Origin: a virus
Taxonomy: Duplodnaviria; Heunggongvirae; Uroviricota; Caudoviricetes
IMG/VR virus record: IMGVR_UViG_3300035208_002853
Location: 88,033 to 145,414 of that record
Direction: 5' to 3' (one strand)
Length of the DNA stretch: 57,382 nt
Of the stretch, positions 54,892 to 57,382 are shown piece after piece. The notes below the pieces were generated by a model. That model did no database searches, had not been told where the DNA came from, and worked only from the letters and a program-made list of their open reading frames with translations. How positions within the stretch are numbered: position 1 is the first letter of the stretch; the number at the start of each line of letters is the position of its first letter. The position numbers and the translations under genes are program-made.

Positions 54892-57036
54892 ATGACTACG
54901 TTCGAAAATCCGACTTCCATTGAGTCTCGCGTTGGTATAGCTGTCGAGACCACCGAAGGAACAGCTATGGCGGAGCCTACTATTGAGCTATTTATGAATG
55001 CAGGCTCCGCTCCAGAGTTAGATCTGGTAGTTGACAGTAAGATCAAGCAAAAGGCTTTCAACGAACCCTATAAGAGAAATGAGATTCGTGGATACTGGCA
55101 CACTGAAGGTAATCTTCCCGGACTTAAGTTCTCTCCGTCTAATGGTGTCCCTGAATTTTTGGGCGTAGGCTTCGGAAATCCTTGGTATTCTAAACAGGTA
55201 TATAAATATACTGTTGCTACGGGTGCAGGTACTTCTTTCGCAAAGGGGGATAAAATATTTGGTCGAACCTCTCTAGCAAGGGGCGAAGTTGCTCGCGTTG
55301 TAACCGACACTCTTTGGCTCATTGGTGTTCAAGGAACCTTTGCTAATAGTGAAGATTTATTAAAGGCCCCCGGCGGAATTGATTATACAAAGAACGCTGC
55401 TGCTTCAAGTGGTTTTGCTGCGGTTTCTGGTTATTACTGTCACAAGATGGACGCAGTAAGAAATTTTGTTAATACTGATACTCCTGCGATTCTTACTACC
55501 GTTAAAGCAGACAACAAGGATTTGACCTTTAAGGCTTTGGTGAATGGTACCGAAGGAGAAGTGATTTCTATAACCGCGGCTGAAGCGGCTGGAGATAACC
55601 CTCTTACTATAAGCGTTTCCGGAAACGACATCACTATTAATAATGCCACTTCGGGCGGAACAGCAACAAGTATAGCCTCTGACATTCTTACTGCTCTTAA
55701 TAATGATGCGTCCGCGAGTTTGTTAATTTATACCGCTCTTGCCGACGGGAGTTCTGGTGCAGGAGTGTTTGGAACCCTTACGCACACCCATCTAGTCCAC
55801 GCAAGGACTCCTGTAAGAGTCGGGTCCGTAGCGACCAAAGCTTGTCTTGGAGATCCGATGGTCGATTTCTCTGAATATGGAATTACCACTGGGAAGAAAA
55901 AAGTATTTGTAACCGTTAAGGATGCTACCACTACAACCCCAATTCCTATCTCCGGTTGGATGGGGATGCCCATAATGATGGTGACGTTTGATACTGGATC
56001 TGCGGCATTTACTGTTGGTCAAAAACTATCTGCTAAGACGGGCGGAACCACAGATGTTATAGGGACCATTGTTGACGTTGTAGTTACTGATAATGCAGGA
56101 TGGGGCGGGACTACAGGCGGATACATATTTGTTGAACAAGATGCTACCGCCAGAACCATTCTTGATAACGATACTTTAACATCCGCAGTTTCTGGTGCTG
56201 GGGCAGCTAATGTTCCGACAATCCCCGCCTATCTCAATAACGCCGTTAAGATCTACAACAATGCAGACTCTTCCGGCTCTGCTCAGACTTGGAATGGTGA
56301 CGTGACAACCTTTGATGAAACCGATACCCTTACTTATAACGCCATTCAGAGGACTTTCGATCAAAAGTCCTTGTCCGTGTTCGTTAAAGACGCTGGCGAC
56401 AATACAAAGGTAGGAAAAGGAACCAAAGTCAAGGAACTTAGTTTTGATATAACTGCCGATGCGTTCGCTTACAATGTTGGTCTCCTTGGTAGAAACGTCG
56501 AGTATCCAACAACCGAACCTGCGTACCCCGGTGGACTAACCGACTCTTCCCCGTTCGGAGCATCCGCGAGAACGTTTGAGATAGACGGTTCCAGTGCTGG
56601 ACAGGCCGCTCAGGTCAACAAAGCAAGAGCTAGTTTCACTTGGGATTTCGCACCTGGGAAGGGTGTTGTTATCTCAGAGAACTACCCCACTACGCTACAG
56701 CCTACCACCTACAATATCATCGGTACTCTGGATGTACAGTGGAAGAATAACGCGATGATGAAAGCGTTCTGGAATAATCCTTCCGGCTCCGCACCCGCGG
56801 CTGGAACTCTCATCTCTAAGAGATTGTCCTTCCTGTTGGATAGCGGAGACGTGGTTTCCACCGGATATAACAAAATGCTTTCCATCGAACTCCTTGGAAC
56901 TATTGATTCTGCAACGTTGAATAGAGACCAAGATGGGTACATCCAGCCTACTACCATTGAGGGCTTCATGTACGACAGCACTTATACTTGGGGACCCGCT
57001 CGTTTCTATGTATACGATGCAACTGCCACGCACTGA
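54892..57036 (+). CDS. Major tail tube protein with large inserted surface domains (putative)
   Basis: SRVGIAVETTEGT N-terminus and SLSVFV...GTKVKELSF C-terminal tube motifs flank F..G.....T..G.V and Ig-like insertions. Confidence 0.65.
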   Translation: MTTFENPTSIESRVGIAVETTEGTAMAEPTIELFMNAGSAPELDLVVDSKIKQKAFNEPYKRNEIRGYWHTEGNLPGLKFSPSNGVPEFLGVGFGNPWYSKQVYKYTVATGAGTSFAKGDKIFGRTSLARGEVARVVTDTLWLIGVQGTFANSEDLLKAPGGIDYTKNAAASSGFAAVSGYYCHKMDAVRNFVNTDTPAILTTVKADNKDLTFKALVNGTEGEVISITAAEAAGDNPLTISVSGNDITINNATSGGTATSIASDILTALNNDASASLLIYTALADGSSGAGVFGTLTHTHLVHARTPVRVGSVATKACLGDPMVDFSEYGITTGKKKVFVTVKDATTTTPIPISGWMGMPIMMVTFDTGSAAFTVGQKLSAKTGGTTDVIGTIVDVVVTDNAGWGGTTGGYIFVEQDATARTILDNDTLTSAVSGAGAANVPTIPAYLNNAVKIYNNADSSGSAQTWNGDVTTFDETDTLTYNAIQRTFDQKSLSVFVKDAGDNTKVGKGTKVKELSFDITADAFAYNVGLLGRNVEYPTTEPAYPGGLTDSSPFGASARTFEIDGSSAGQAAQVNKARASFTWDFAPGKGVVISENYPTTLQPTTYNIIGTLDVQWKNNAMMKAFWNNPSGSAPAAGTLISKRLSFLLDSGDVVSTGYNKMLSIELLGTIDSATLNRDQDGYIQPTTIEGFMYDSTYTWGPARFYVYDATATH

Positions 57037-57074
57037 GAGAATAAATTAAAATTTTTAAGATGGTGATTATTTAA

Positions 57075-57382
57075 ATGACTACGTTCGAAAATCCGACTTC
57101 CATTGAGTCTCGCGTTGGTATAGCTGTCGAGACCACCGAAGGAACAGCTATGGCGGAGCCTACCATTGAACTGTTTATGAATGCAGGCTCCGCTCCAGAG
57201 TTAGATCTGGTAGTTGACAGTAAGATTAAACAGAAGGCTTTCAACGAACCCTATAAGAGAAATGAGATTCGTGGATACTGGCACACTGAAGGTAATCTTC
57301 CCGGACTTAAGTTCTCTCCGTCTAATGGTGTCCCTGAATTTTTGGGCGTAGGCTTCGGAAATCCTTGGTATTCTAAACAGGT
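57075..57382 (+). CDS. Second tail-tube paralogue, 5' part (runs off the window)
   Basis: Matches 54892-55199 except for 6 synonymous substitutions; same GGTGATT SD. Confidence 0.85.
   Translation, partial: MTTFENPTSIESRVGIAVETTEGTAMAEPTIELFMNAGSAPELDLVVDSKIKQKAFNEPYKRNEIRGYWHTEGNLPGLKFSPSNGVPEFLGVGFGNPWYSKQ

Noticed and set aside
14723-57033. Numerous minus-strand ORFs antisense to plus-strand genes (e.g. 27371-27748, 28787-29293, 37496-37903, 53697-54011)
   Set aside because: Shadow frames of well-supported genes, with no start signals or recognisable motifs
54892-57382. Diversity-generating retroelement TR/VR pair
   Set aside because: Differences are synonymous third-position changes, not adenine-specific; the repeat is at the 5' end; no reverse transcriptase seen
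1-57382. Borg or mini-Borg element
   Set aside because: Tandem repeats are reminiscent, but capsid, tape-measure and tail genes indicate a tailed virus
1-57382. tRNA or rRNA genes
   Set aside because: No cloverleaf with T-loop GTTCRA/CCA features or rRNA signature found by eye; tRNAscan-SE would be decisive

Overview
Roughly 57 kb of an AT-rich tailed archaeal virus genome (Caudoviricetes, siphovirus-like). The host is inferred to be a methanogen-type euryarchaeon from BRE/TATA promoters, leaderless starts, GGAGG/GGTGA ribosome sites and a DUF483-like gene. Layout: (1) 1-1850, tandem repeats and a DEDD exoribonuclease; (2) 1.9-10.7 kb, a minus-strand early operon of about 30 small ORFs whose 5' end is an unannotated array of tiny membrane-peptide genes behind a structured leader; (3) 10.7-14.4 kb, a divergent non-coding control region; (4) 14.4-26.5 kb, plus-strand accessory genes and free-standing endonucleases; (5) 26.5-57.4 kb, a rearranged head/tail module with a metacaspase, signal-peptide-bearing fibre/depolymerase genes and tandem tail-tube paralogues. 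Terminase, portal and replication genes are not in the window. The best candidate for a new system is at 15758-19205. It encodes a 194-aa protein built from about 37 aromatic-X-Asn/Asp triplets (the triceptide/three-residue-cyclophane motif), a radical SAM/SPASM enzyme whose own C-terminal tail repeats the motif, a DUF483-like protein and a GT2 glycosyltransferase. Family calls come from recognising motifs by eye; no database searches or folding programs were run, and counts are manual.
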